A DNA stretch of 39,781 nt from Candidatus Rokuibacteriota bacterium (GTDB lineage: Bacteria > Methylomirabilota > Methylomirabilia > Rokubacteriales > CSP1-6). Where the stretch lies: positions 1 through 39,781 of the forward strand of contig JBOHPM010000001.1 in NCBI GenBank assembly GCA_050731715.1, read 5' to 3'. Shown here piece after piece: positions 1-6,662 of this stretch. Position 1 is the stretch's first letter, and every line of letters starts with the position of its first letter. Both the position numbers and the translations under genes were made by a program. Under the pieces are notes generated by a model. It had not been told where the DNA came from, ran no database searches, and was given only the letters and a program-made list of their open reading frames with translations.

Positions 1-39
1 TGCCTCGGCGGGTGTCTACATGGCGTCTACACGCACGAA

Positions 40-73
40 ACGGGCACCCCGGAGTTGCCTCCGAAGTGCCCGT
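40..73 (-). terminator. Hairpin just downstream of the displaced tRNA-Lys 3' half (candidate native tRNA terminator)
   Basis: Compound inverted repeat ACGGGCAC-C-CGGAG-TTGC-CTCCG-AA-GTGCCCGT. On the minus strand it lies 6 nt after the CCA end at 80 and is followed by TTTCGTG. The U-tract is short, so this is only a moderate intrinsic-terminator candidate. Confidence 0.35.
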
Positions 74-79
74 TCTCAT

Positions 80-124
80 TGGTGGGCCGTCAAGGACTCG
101 AACCTTGGACCCGCTGATTAAGAG
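80..124 (-). repeat. attL: 45-nt 3' half of a tRNA-Lys(CUU) gene (anticodon loop to CCA), with no 5' half
   Basis: Minus-strand reading is CTCTTAATCAGCGGGTCCAAGGTTCGAGTCCTTGACGGCCCACCA. This gives anticodon loop CUCUUAA, T arm CAAGG-TTCGAGT-CCTTG, acceptor 3' strand ACGGCCC, discriminator A and CCA. Sequence 5' of it cannot pair with the acceptor strand or form a D arm. It matches 32008-32052 at 42 of 45 positions. Confidence 0.75.
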
Positions 125-229
125 TGACGATGAGCACCGAACCGAGGAGAACCGAGACTATCTAACTCCGCGAGAACCCGAATGACTGATTCTCGGCGAG
201 AGCGGCTCGGTGCGGGGTGATTCGGGTTG

Positions 230-253
230 GTTGGTAGCCAATTGGTAGCCAAT
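230..253. repeat. Tandem 2 x TTGGTAGCCAA (candidate integrase arm-type binding site, left arm)
   Basis: GTTGGTAGCCAATTGGTAGCCAAT is identical over 24 nt to 31927-31950. Each 11-mer is an internal palindrome (TTGG-N3-CCAA). In a circularised element the two copies would flank the 45-nt core. Confidence 0.5.
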
Positions 254-257
254 TTTC

Positions 258-704
258 ATGGGGAGGGTGCGCACCGAACCTCTGCTGCTGGCTTCAGGCA
301 TCTCGAGGCCCTTGAGTGCTTCGACGTGGCGCCGTCGCATCTCCGGAGTCGCTGTCGTACACTACCCTCGCATCAACTCCGGAGAGGCAGGTAATCGAGT
401 GGGGCCGTCTGACTGGCTCGGCGTCCTGAGGTTCGCGCAGGATCTCTTCACGGGGCGCGCCCGCCGAAAGCGCGACGAACTGAAGGGTCGCATCGTCGTG
501 GCCATGCGGCGCGCTCAGAGTCGGAATCCAGCACCGCTCATCTTCTCTCCGGAAAGGATCGCCGGGATGCTCGACATCCCCCCGTCCGAGCTGGTCGTCG
601 CGTTGGAAGAGCTTGAGCGCGAGCGCCGGGTATTCTGCGACAACCGAGTCGGAGACTACAGCCTCGATCCGATGCCGTGGACACAGCCGCGCTCGATCCC
701 GTGA
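258..704 (+). CDS. Hypothetical small protein, start uncertain (an internal ATG at 504 would give a 66-aa product)
   Basis: ORF in the track. The C-terminal part (MRRAQSRNPAPLIFSPERIAGMLDIPPSELVVALEELERERRVF...) looks like a small winged-helix or HTH protein, while the N-terminal part is low complexity. Its end overlaps the GTG start of the next ORF. Confidence 0.3.
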   Translation: MGRVRTEPLLLASGISRPLSASTWRRRISGVAVVHYPRINSGEAGNRVGPSDWLGVLRFAQDLFTGRARRKRDELKGRIVVAMRRAQSRNPAPLIFSPERIAGMLDIPPSELVVALEELERERRVFCDNRVGDYSLDPMPWTQPRSIP

Positions 705-1996
705 TCGCCGCCGGACTGGGCACCGTTCCGACCCGAACCTTCACCTTCATCGTCGACCCGGTCTACGCTCCCGAGCTCGCCGCGCCTGAGCACTCCGGCC
801 TACGAGCCCTGATCGAGGACCTGCGGGATCTCAGTCCTGCTATCACCGCGCGACTTCTTATGCCATCCACCGAGGGTGTTGATGCTGACCAACTGGGCGA
901 CCTGTTCGAGCCGGTCGGCGCGCTTGCCGACGCTGCCCCTCTCAGCCTTTCGCGCTACATGGCCGAGGAGGACCGCGTTCGTCTCGAGACGGCAAATCAG
1001 ACCGACCACTCTCTGAGATTGTTCGGGATCGCCACTGCCAACCGTGCGGACGGTGTTGTCACCGACGCCGCGCCCCTGGTCGGAACGCGCTATCCCCTGC
1101 TCCAGCACCACCGCATCCGGTTGATCCCTACGGCCGAGCTTCTCGACGTGGTCGAAGTCTGCGCCCACGGCCACTCGGTCTTCTGGTCGGGCTTGAATCC
1201 GGTGCGCTCTCTTACGCCAGACATCTACTACCAGTGGACGCACTGGAAGGGTCGCCGGCTCGCGAACTGGTTCTCGACGGTCCAGGGCCGGCTCAACGAG
1301 GACACGCGCGAGGCGCTCCGCAACGTCATCCTCAATCGCTATCCTTTCATTCTCTACTCGCGCGACATGGTGCGCTTCCACGAACTTCAGCTCGATCACT
1401 TCAGTCGTCGGGGCCTCTGGCGACGATTCAGCACTCCCCTCGGGTACTTCATGACAAACTTCTATCTACACCTGTGGGGGATGCTCGAGCACCTCACCAT
1501 GATCGCGAAGTACACTCTCGGCCTCACGGTCCGCGACCGCGACTGCGGCATCAAGAGCGAAAGGTTGCTGACGGCGCTCAGGGAGCAGCGGCCCGGGTTG
1601 GTCGCTTTTCTGGAGCGGCAGACGATCGCCGACTGGATCGCGGCGATGGCCGACGCGCGCCACGCCGCCGCACACCGATCGATGCTCTTACCGACCGACA
1701 TCGTCGCCGAAACAGAGGAATCCCGCAAGACCGACGACGAGATTCGGGCAATCCTCCACCGCGAAGACCCCGCGCTCTACCGCCTCTTCTCAGGGGCCAT
1801 GCTCGAGGAGTTCGAGCGCCAGTCCATCGAGCACTGGCGATTTGAGCGGCTGAGAAAGATCGCGACCAACGCCGTGGTGGTAAGCAAGGAGGCCGGCGGG
1901 TACATCCGCTTCCCGGTGGACAGCGTGGACCACGATCTACAAATGTTGAACGGCGCGATCGACGCCTTCCTGGTGGCCCTCTTCGGCTCCAGGTAA
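677..1996 (+). CDS. Hypothetical protein, 439 aa, with an Rx4H (HEPN-like) motif near the C-terminus
   Basis: Long ORF with balanced, W/Y/F-containing composition. The motif ADARHAAAHRS (R-H-A-A-A-H) fits the HEPN Rx4-6H signature. GTG start at 677, so the true start is uncertain. I recognise no other family. Confidence 0.6.
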   Translation: MDTAALDPVIAAGLGTVPTRTFTFIVDPVYAPELAAPEHSGLRALIEDLRDLSPAITARLLMPSTEGVDADQLGDLFEPVGALADAAPLSLSRYMAEEDRVRLETANQTDHSLRLFGIATANRADGVVTDAAPLVGTRYPLLQHHRIRLIPTAELLDVVEVCAHGHSVFWSGLNPVRSLTPDIYYQWTHWKGRRLANWFSTVQGRLNEDTREALRNVILNRYPFILYSRDMVRFHELQLDHFSRRGLWRRFSTPLGYFMTNFYLHLWGMLEHLTMIAKYTLGLTVRDRDCGIKSERLLTALREQRPGLVAFLERQTIADWIAAMADARHAAAHRSMLLPTDIVAETEESRKTDDEIRAILHREDPALYRLFSGAMLEEFERQSIEHWRFERLRKIATNAVVVSKEAGGYIRFPVDSVDHDLQMLNGAIDAFLVALFGSR

Positions 1997-2030
1997 CCTC
2001 TGGTGACGGTCGAGGAACTATCTGATTTTC

Positions 2031-2102
2031 TGGTGCGCCTGGCAGGAGTCGAACCTGGGACCCTCGGATTAGAAGTTCGCTGGGCGATTTCCTGAAAGGC
2101 GC
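2031..2102 (-). pseudogene. Degenerate tRNA-Arg(UCU)-like sequence (good 3' half, decayed 5' half)
   Basis: Minus-strand 3' part is CTTCTAATCCGAGGGTCCCAGGTTCGACTCCTGCCAGGCGCACCA, with loop CUUCUAA, T arm, acceptor strand and CCA. The 5' part GCGCCTTTCAGGAAATCGCCCAGCGAA pairs 6 of 7 in the acceptor stem. However, it gives only 3 of 5 pairs in the anticodon stem and no credible D arm. Confidence 0.4.
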
Positions 2103-2347
2103 TGCACTCTCAGATGCTTATACCCTCGTCCCCGGCCCGAGGCCAGTGCGCGAAAGCACGGCCGGGTGCGCCGTCCGGCGGGCGATTGGTGACATCTTTG
2201 GGGACAGCGCTGGGCCAGACTTCGAGAACGCGGCCAGATGAGAACATGCTGTGCACTCAAGGTGGGCTTTCTGCTTGGGGTTGTGGTGGGTTGGCGACGG
2301 ACCTACGCTGAGCAACGTCCGCAGCGACGAAACTACCGTTTCAGTCG

Positions 2348-2836
2348 TCAACGCCGAGGGCGGCGGCGTTTTCCCGCCCCTGGCGCTGCGCGCTCCAGTG
2401 CTGCCGCATCTGATCGCTCTTGTGCCCGTCCCCGCTGAAACGCGTCAAACCATCCCGCCCACGTCGCGACGGTCTTCGGTGACCGTTCTCCGTAGGCTTC
2501 GATGTGACGCTCGAAATGATCCCGATAGCGCCGGCCATCCGCACCCTCGGGGTGGCGCATCAAGAAAATCTCCAAACTCGCCCGTGCTGCGACCTCCCAC
2601 GTCTCCATGCTGTCGTATTCGGGCGCAGCACCGAAAAGGTACTCGACCCGAACCTCGAGCCAGAGCGCGAGACGGACCGCATCATGAGGTCGCCCCGGTG
2701 GGGACGCATGCGTCTTGCGCTGTACCCAGCCGCGCGCGAATCCCTGAGCGATGTAGTCGCCCATCGTGAAGCCGGGTCCCTTGACGGTCAGAAGATGGTT
2801 GACGCGGGACGGAATGAAGGCGACGGGTCCGACCAT
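2348..2836 (-). CDS. Hypothetical protein, 162 aa
   Basis: ATG at 2836 is preceded by AGGAGA (complement of 2837-2842). Composition is protein-like (MVGPVAFIPSRVNHLLTVKGPGFTMGDYIAQGF...WEVAARASLEIFLMRHPEG...). No family recognised. Confidence 0.6.
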   Translation of the reverse strand: MVGPVAFIPSRVNHLLTVKGPGFTMGDYIAQGFARGWVQRKTHASPPGRPHDAVRLALWLEVRVEYLFGAAPEYDSMETWEVAARASLEIFLMRHPEGADGRRYRDHFERHIEAYGERSPKTVATWAGWFDAFQRGRAQERSDAAALERAAPGAGKRRRPRR

Positions 2837-2854
2837 TCTCCTATTGTGCGTCTG

Positions 2855-2872
2855 CTACACTTTTTAGTGTAG
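2855..2872. promoter_or_regulatory. Perfect 7-bp inverted repeat CTACACT-TTTT-AGTGTAG upstream of the 2348-2836 gene (operator candidate)
   Basis: It sits 19 nt upstream of the ATG at 2836 in an unusually AT-rich patch (2840-2960). That patch contains further GTGTAG/CTACA-type half sites (GCACTACATGGTG, GTGTAGCGG). Confidence 0.35.
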
Positions 2873-3030
2873 TAGCCACACAAATAACTTGACGCCGGGT
2901 TGTGGAGTCGCGTAGCGTACTGCACTACATGGTGTATGTGCTGTGTAGCGGGTTTCGGCTTGACGCTCCGTGCGGATTGTCGGTAAATCGAGGTCCCCGG
3001 TATAGGGGGTCGATACACTGAACTAGGGTT

Positions 3031-3103
3031 TGGTGGAGGGCGGGGGGATCGAACCCCGTCAGCCGGTTTTAAAGACCGGCCCCATCGCCAGATGACGCCC
3101 CCC
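3031..3103 (-). tRNA. Compact non-canonical tRNA with anticodon UUA (ochre-suppressor type), CCA encoded
   Basis: RNA is GGGGGGCGUCAUCUGGCGAUGGGGCCGGUCUUUAAAACCGGCUGACGGGGUUCGAUCCCCCCGCCCUCCACCA. The acceptor is GGGGGGC/GCCCUCC with one G:U pair. It extends to 8 bp if the T stem is drawn as 4 bp. The D arm is CAUC-UGGC-GAUG with only a 4-nt loop. The anticodon stem is 6 bp (GCCGGU/ACCGGC) with loop CUUUAAA. The T loop is UUCGAUC. Hand-folded. Confidence 0.6.
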
Positions 3104-3140
3104 ATCAAGACGCGGAGTCGAGACGGCGCGGTGGCTTGAG

Positions 3141-3235
3141 AGGCGGGAGCCGGATTCGAACCGGCGCGGACGTGCTGGAACACGTCTTCTCCTTGCAAGG
3201 GAGACGCCCTTCGGCCTAGCTCGGGCCATCCCGCC
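3141..3235 (-). tRNA. Class II (long variable arm, tRNA-Ser-like) tRNA with anticodon UGC, no encoded CCA, discriminator U
   Basis: RNA is GGCGGGAUGGCCCGAGCUAGGCCGAAGGGCGUCUCCCUUGCAAGGAGAAGACGUGUUCCAGCACGUCCGCGCCGGUUCGAAUCCGGCUCCCGCCU. The acceptor is GGCGGGA/UCCCGCC and the D stem GCCC/GGGC. The anticodon stem is UCUCC/GGAGA with loop CUUGCAA. The variable arm is 6 bp (GACGUG/CACGUC) and the T arm is GCCGG-UUCGAAU-CCGGC. Hand-folded. Confidence 0.65.
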
Positions 3236-3320
3236 GTCTCGACCGAGCGGCGTAAGGAGAAACGCCACCCGTCACCACGCATCAATATCTTGTGGTGAAC
3301 GCGACTCTAGCACGCAGAAT

Positions 3321-3503
3321 CTAGGGGTCGTCAAGAAAAAAGGTGCCCACCGGCTGTCCACAACGCCAGTTACCCACGTTGGCACGATCGAAGCGTGCAA
3401 GTCCTGCAAGACGCGAGCATTCCGTCGCCTCGCTCGGAGTGACGCCGATCGTCCGGGCCCTGTAGCGGATAGATCCCGCCGCGTGCGAGGCCAAGATCGT
3501 CAT
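3321..3503 (-). CDS. Small hypothetical ORF (60 aa) translationally coupled to the upstream gene
   Basis: Its ATG at 3503 overlaps the TGA of the 3500-4279 gene (ATGA). No recognisable family. Its 3' end overlaps a possible tRNA promoter region, so it may not be real. Confidence 0.3.
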   Translation of the reverse strand: MTILASHAAGSIRYRARTIGVTPSEATECSRLAGLARFDRANVGNWRCGQPVGTFFLDDP

Positions 3504-4279
3504 CCTTCGGCTGGCCCATCCAACTCGTCGCCCGGCAGGACAACCGGCGGCACTTTATCGGTGTCCGGCAAGCTGGCGAGCGCCGTCTTGACGATGTTCT
3601 CCATGCGGACGCGAGCGTCGCCCAAGTCGATCTTGAAGAACGCTGCCCAACGGGTAACGACGTCGGCGAAGGCCGTCGACGCGATGGTTACCACTTCGGA
3701 GACCATCGTGTCACTCGGACCGCTGCTGGCAATGAACCCCCGGGCGGTGACCGCCAGAAAGGACTCGAAGCTCGCCGCGTCGGAGTGCTCATAGATCGAA
3801 CCATGCCGGTAGGCCAGGTTGTAGAAGTTCTGGGTGTCGCTCCTGGCAGCGCGGTCGGCGAGGTTCAACCACTTCTTGGCAAGCTCTTCTTCTTCGCCCC
3901 AGTTAACGGTGTCGGCTTGCAGGGTTCGTCCGAGCGACGTTGCCCACCTGCGGAGCTGAATGCGCGCGGACGCAAGCCATACGCGGACCCGCTCCGGAGT
4001 GTCCGCAGCCGTGAGGTACGCAAGGTCAATGCAGAGGTTCGTAAGGCTGCGTGCCAGGATCATGGCGTCCTCGCCGTAGCCCTCGCGTGCAACAAGTAAG
4101 ATCGCGCCGAACGTCTTTCGAGCCTTCGCGTGCAGGAAGACGACAGCCAGCCTACCGCCGCCCTTCGCGGAGATGGGGTGCGCGGCGCGGATGTCCCGAT
4201 CAAGAGCAGCGAGGTCTTCGCAGGCCAGAAGCGCCGTGCCGTACCTCTCTCGGATTGCTGCTCGGACGTCGTTCGTCAT
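3500..4279 (-). CDS. Hypothetical protein, DUF5677-like (start moved to the internal ATG)
   Basis: ATG at 4279 is preceded by GAGGAAG with a 4-nt spacer. The track ORF extends to 4354, but those extra residues are R-rich. The helical protein contains ...FGAILLVAREGYGEDAMILARSLTNLCIDLAYL..., which resembles the DUF5677 core as I remember it. Confidence 0.65.
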   Translation of the reverse strand: MTNDVRAAIRERYGTALLACEDLAALDRDIRAAHPISAKGGGRLAVVFLHAKARKTFGAILLVAREGYGEDAMILARSLTNLCIDLAYLTAADTPERVRVWLASARIQLRRWATSLGRTLQADTVNWGEEEELAKKWLNLADRAARSDTQNFYNLAYRHGSIYEHSDAASFESFLAVTARGFIASSGPSDTMVSEVVTIASTAFADVVTRWAAFFKIDLGDARVRMENIVKTALASLPDTDKVPPVVLPGDELDGPAEG

Positions 4280-4512
4280 CGTGCTTCCTCGGCTTCGCGC
4301 GCGGCGTTGCAGTCGAACGGATCGTCCAGCGGTATCACGAGTATATCGTCGCAATCACGCCGCGGTGTCAACCTCTGGTGAACTGCTCTCGGGCTGATCG
4401 CGACGTGTCCTCCTCGATGCTCCTCCGGGTCTCACACGTTGGGCATTCTAGCGGACGCCTCTGGGGAAGATCGTCGCCGCCGCTGCTGTCGGTTGACGGG
4501 TGCCGGAGGATC

Positions 4513-5028
4513 TCATGTTCGGAATCGCACTGGTGGGGAGGGACCAAATCGTGATGACGAGGGAGGATTCCGCTGTTTGTCCGACCGCTTGCCGGTTTCC
4601 TCGATGGCCTGCGCGAATCGCTTCAGGTCACCGTCCCAATCATACGCGGGGAACTCGACGGTAGGCGGCACGGCCGGCTTCGGCCCGCGGAACGGGGAAG
4701 CCGCCATTCCGCGCTGGTCCTTCAGATGGTGAATGTAGATGCCGAGGAGGCCGTTGCTCCGCGCTATCGACTGCTCGATCTCGTACTGCACGTACGGGCG
4801 GTAGGCCGTTTGAGGTCCGATGAGGACCACGGTGACCGAAGTATTCTGAAGCTTCGCTCGGATCAACAGCTTGATCTCATCGTCGCCCTTGCGCTTGGCC
4901 TCCTCGTACTCGGAATGGTCGAAGAACCCGGCCACGTCGGGGCCGGCGACCACGTTCGCGTTGCGCACCTGGTTGGCACGCCAGATGTCGTTTTCGAAAT
5001 GGAACGAGAAGAACACTCGACGGGCCAT
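4513..5028 (-). CDS. TIR-like domain protein (ThsB-like / DUF1863 type)
   Basis: The N-terminus MARRVFFSFHFENDIWRANQVRN...VTVVLIGPQTAYRPYVQYEIEQSI is the characteristic TIR-like (MTH538/ThsB) pattern. It is the last gene of the 7943-to-4513 operon, 4 nt after the preceding gene. Confidence 0.85.
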   Translation of the reverse strand: MARRVFFSFHFENDIWRANQVRNANVVAGPDVAGFFDHSEYEEAKRKGDDEIKLLIRAKLQNTSVTVVLIGPQTAYRPYVQYEIEQSIARSNGLLGIYIHHLKDQRGMAASPFRGPKPAVPPTVEFPAYDWDGDLKRFAQAIEETGKRSDKQRNPPSSSRFGPSPPVRFRT

Positions 5029-5032
5029 AGGC

Positions 5033-5449
5033 TCATCTCCGGGAGAGGGTAATGATGATCGCGACGATCACGACGGCGATCGCCAGGTGAAGATAGAGAA
5101 CCGTTGGACGAAAAAGCGTCCCGAGCCAGCCTCGCAATCTTTTCCGCCGAGAGAGGTGCGGAGGGGCCAGCGAGTACGTCTTCCTCGTGCCGGCGCACAC
5201 TTCGTCGTAGACGGCCCGAAACCGTCGTTCCTGCCAGAGGTAGTAGGCGTCCAGGGCCCAGAAGATGGCGCTCGGGAAGAGCGCGAGCAGCGCGTACGAC
5301 CGCCGATGGGTATTGACAGCGAGCGCCATGAGCGCCGCCACGAGCGTGACCGACCAGCCTTTCAGGGCGAAGGAGTTCTGACCCATCCGGCTGATCACGC
5401 CCTGGACGAGCTTGAGGTGCTCGAGGCACGAGTACTCGTCGGCGTGCAC
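5033..5449 (-). CDS. Small membrane protein (predicted 3 TM segments), unknown family
   Basis: Hydrophobic segments are GWSVTLVAALMALAV, ALLALFPSAIFWALDAYYLW and VLYLHLAIAVVIVAIIITL. It is sandwiched between the two TIR-like genes with 4-nt gaps on each side. Confidence 0.75.
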   Translation of the reverse strand: MHADEYSCLEHLKLVQGVISRMGQNSFALKGWSVTLVAALMALAVNTHRRSYALLALFPSAIFWALDAYYLWQERRFRAVYDEVCAGTRKTYSLAPPHLSRRKRLRGWLGTLFRPTVLYLHLAIAVVIVAIIITLSRR

Positions 5450-5453
5450 GCTT

Positions 5454-6137
5454 TTAGCCGAGCAGCTTCTTCAGGTTTTCCCAGTCCCACTGATAGAGCC
5501 GCCCGGCGTTGGGGACGGGGGTATACGTCCCATCCCGGTATCCGATCATCTGCGCGATCGTGATCCCTTCCTCGCGGGCCATCCGCACCTCCTTCAGAAC
5601 GCCGGGCGCCCCGTATGTGTACCGGCCCACCATGACAAGAACGAGATCGGAACGGCTGATCGCCACCCGGGCCTTGTCCTCCCAGGCCTTCATCGGCGCC
5701 GCTTCCTTCAATGAGCTATCGATGACCTCGAACGGCGAGTCCGGGTTTCGAGCCTGGCCGATGATGAAGTCCTTCAGGACCTTGTCGTTGTCGAAATCGA
5801 AGCTGACGAACACGCGCTTCTTGCCCGTGCGCCTCTCGGGCCGCGAGGTGACATCCAACCCACGCGGAGTCTCAGTCGCGGTGGAACCGGATGCTGCGAT
5901 GGCTAGCGCCGCCAGTGTGCCGAGCCCGAGCAAGGCACCCCAGTTCACCTGTGGGGCGGGAAAGTACGGTCGCAGTTCAGGATGTTCGCCCGCGCGTAAC
6001 CAGACACCACGAACTGGGTCATAGAGCTGGTGCTCCGGGCGCAATTGCCCAGAGAGCGCGAGCTGCCGCCACTCGCTGATCGACCGGTACACCAGAGGTG
6101 GGCCGTATGGCCCGGGCAGGAAGCCAGACATGGCCAA
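5454..6137 (-). CDS. GYF_2-like N-terminal domain + TM helix + TIR-like (ThsB-like) domain protein
   Basis: The N-terminus ...YRSISEWRQLALSGQLRPEHQLYDPVRGVWLRAGEHPELRPYF is GYF_2/DUF4339-like. The TM helix is WGALLGLGTLAALAIAA. The C-terminus KKRVFVSFDFDNDKVLKDFIIGQ...LVLVMVGRYTYGAPGVLKEVRMA is TIR-like. Its start codon directly abuts the stop of the PIN gene (6137/6138). Confidence 0.85.
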   Translation of the reverse strand: MAMSGFLPGPYGPPLVYRSISEWRQLALSGQLRPEHQLYDPVRGVWLRAGEHPELRPYFPAPQVNWGALLGLGTLAALAIAASGSTATETPRGLDVTSRPERRTGKKRVFVSFDFDNDKVLKDFIIGQARNPDSPFEVIDSSLKEAAPMKAWEDKARVAISRSDLVLVMVGRYTYGAPGVLKEVRMAREEGITIAQMIGYRDGTYTPVPNAGRLYQWDWENLKKLLG

Positions 6138-6659
6138 TCACTCCTCCTTTATGAGCTCGTCGAACGGTCGCGGATCCATCTCGAAGCGGTTGTCTCGGAG
6201 TTGCACGCGCAGCGTCTCCGCCAGCGCCGTGGTGATCGCTCCGGCCCTGATCGCCGTCACCAGCGCGCCGACAGTGTCCAGCAAGTAGTTCTCCCCAAGC
6301 CGCGCGAACAGCTCCCGCCGGAAACGCCCCTTCTCATCGGCGGCAATCACCCACCGCCGGCTGACAGCGAGAGCAAGGGACGCGGACTCTCCATCTCCAA
6401 GAAATCGCCGAAACTCGTCGTACAGCAGGATCTCTCCCGACTCGGTAATCTCGATCTCCGTCACGACGCCGCTCTCGATCGCGGCCCGAAGTCGGCGACG
6501 CTGGTCCTCGTACTGGATCTCGGCGCTCACGTGGTTGACAACGTGGAACCGGAACTGCGGGAGCCCGCCCAGGATGTCCATCCGGTCCAGCACGAGGAAG
6601 TTGATGAGGAAGCTGGAGTCGGTGACCACCAGCAGGCGCCCATCGCCCCCTCGTTCCAC
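6138..6659 (-). CDS. PIN-domain protein (DUF3368-like)
   Basis: RLLVVTDSSFLINFLVLDRMDILGGL... shows the N-terminal acidic residue pattern of PIN nucleases. It lies 3 nt downstream of the XRE-ImmA gene. Confidence 0.75.
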   Translation of the reverse strand: MERGGDGRLLVVTDSSFLINFLVLDRMDILGGLPQFRFHVVNHVSAEIQYEDQRRRLRAAIESGVVTEIEITESGEILLYDEFRRFLGDGESASLALAVSRRWVIAADEKGRFRRELFARLGENYLLDTVGALVTAIRAGAITTALAETLRVQLRDNRFEMDPRPFDELIKEE

Positions 6660-6662
6660 CCC

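Noticed and set aside
2031-2102. A functional full-length tRNA-Arg(UCU)
   Set aside because: The length (72 nt) and the acceptor stem (6 of 7 pairs) are tempting. However, the anticodon stem has only 3 of 5 pairs and no D arm with conserved GG can be drawn, so it is called a relic or pseudogene instead.
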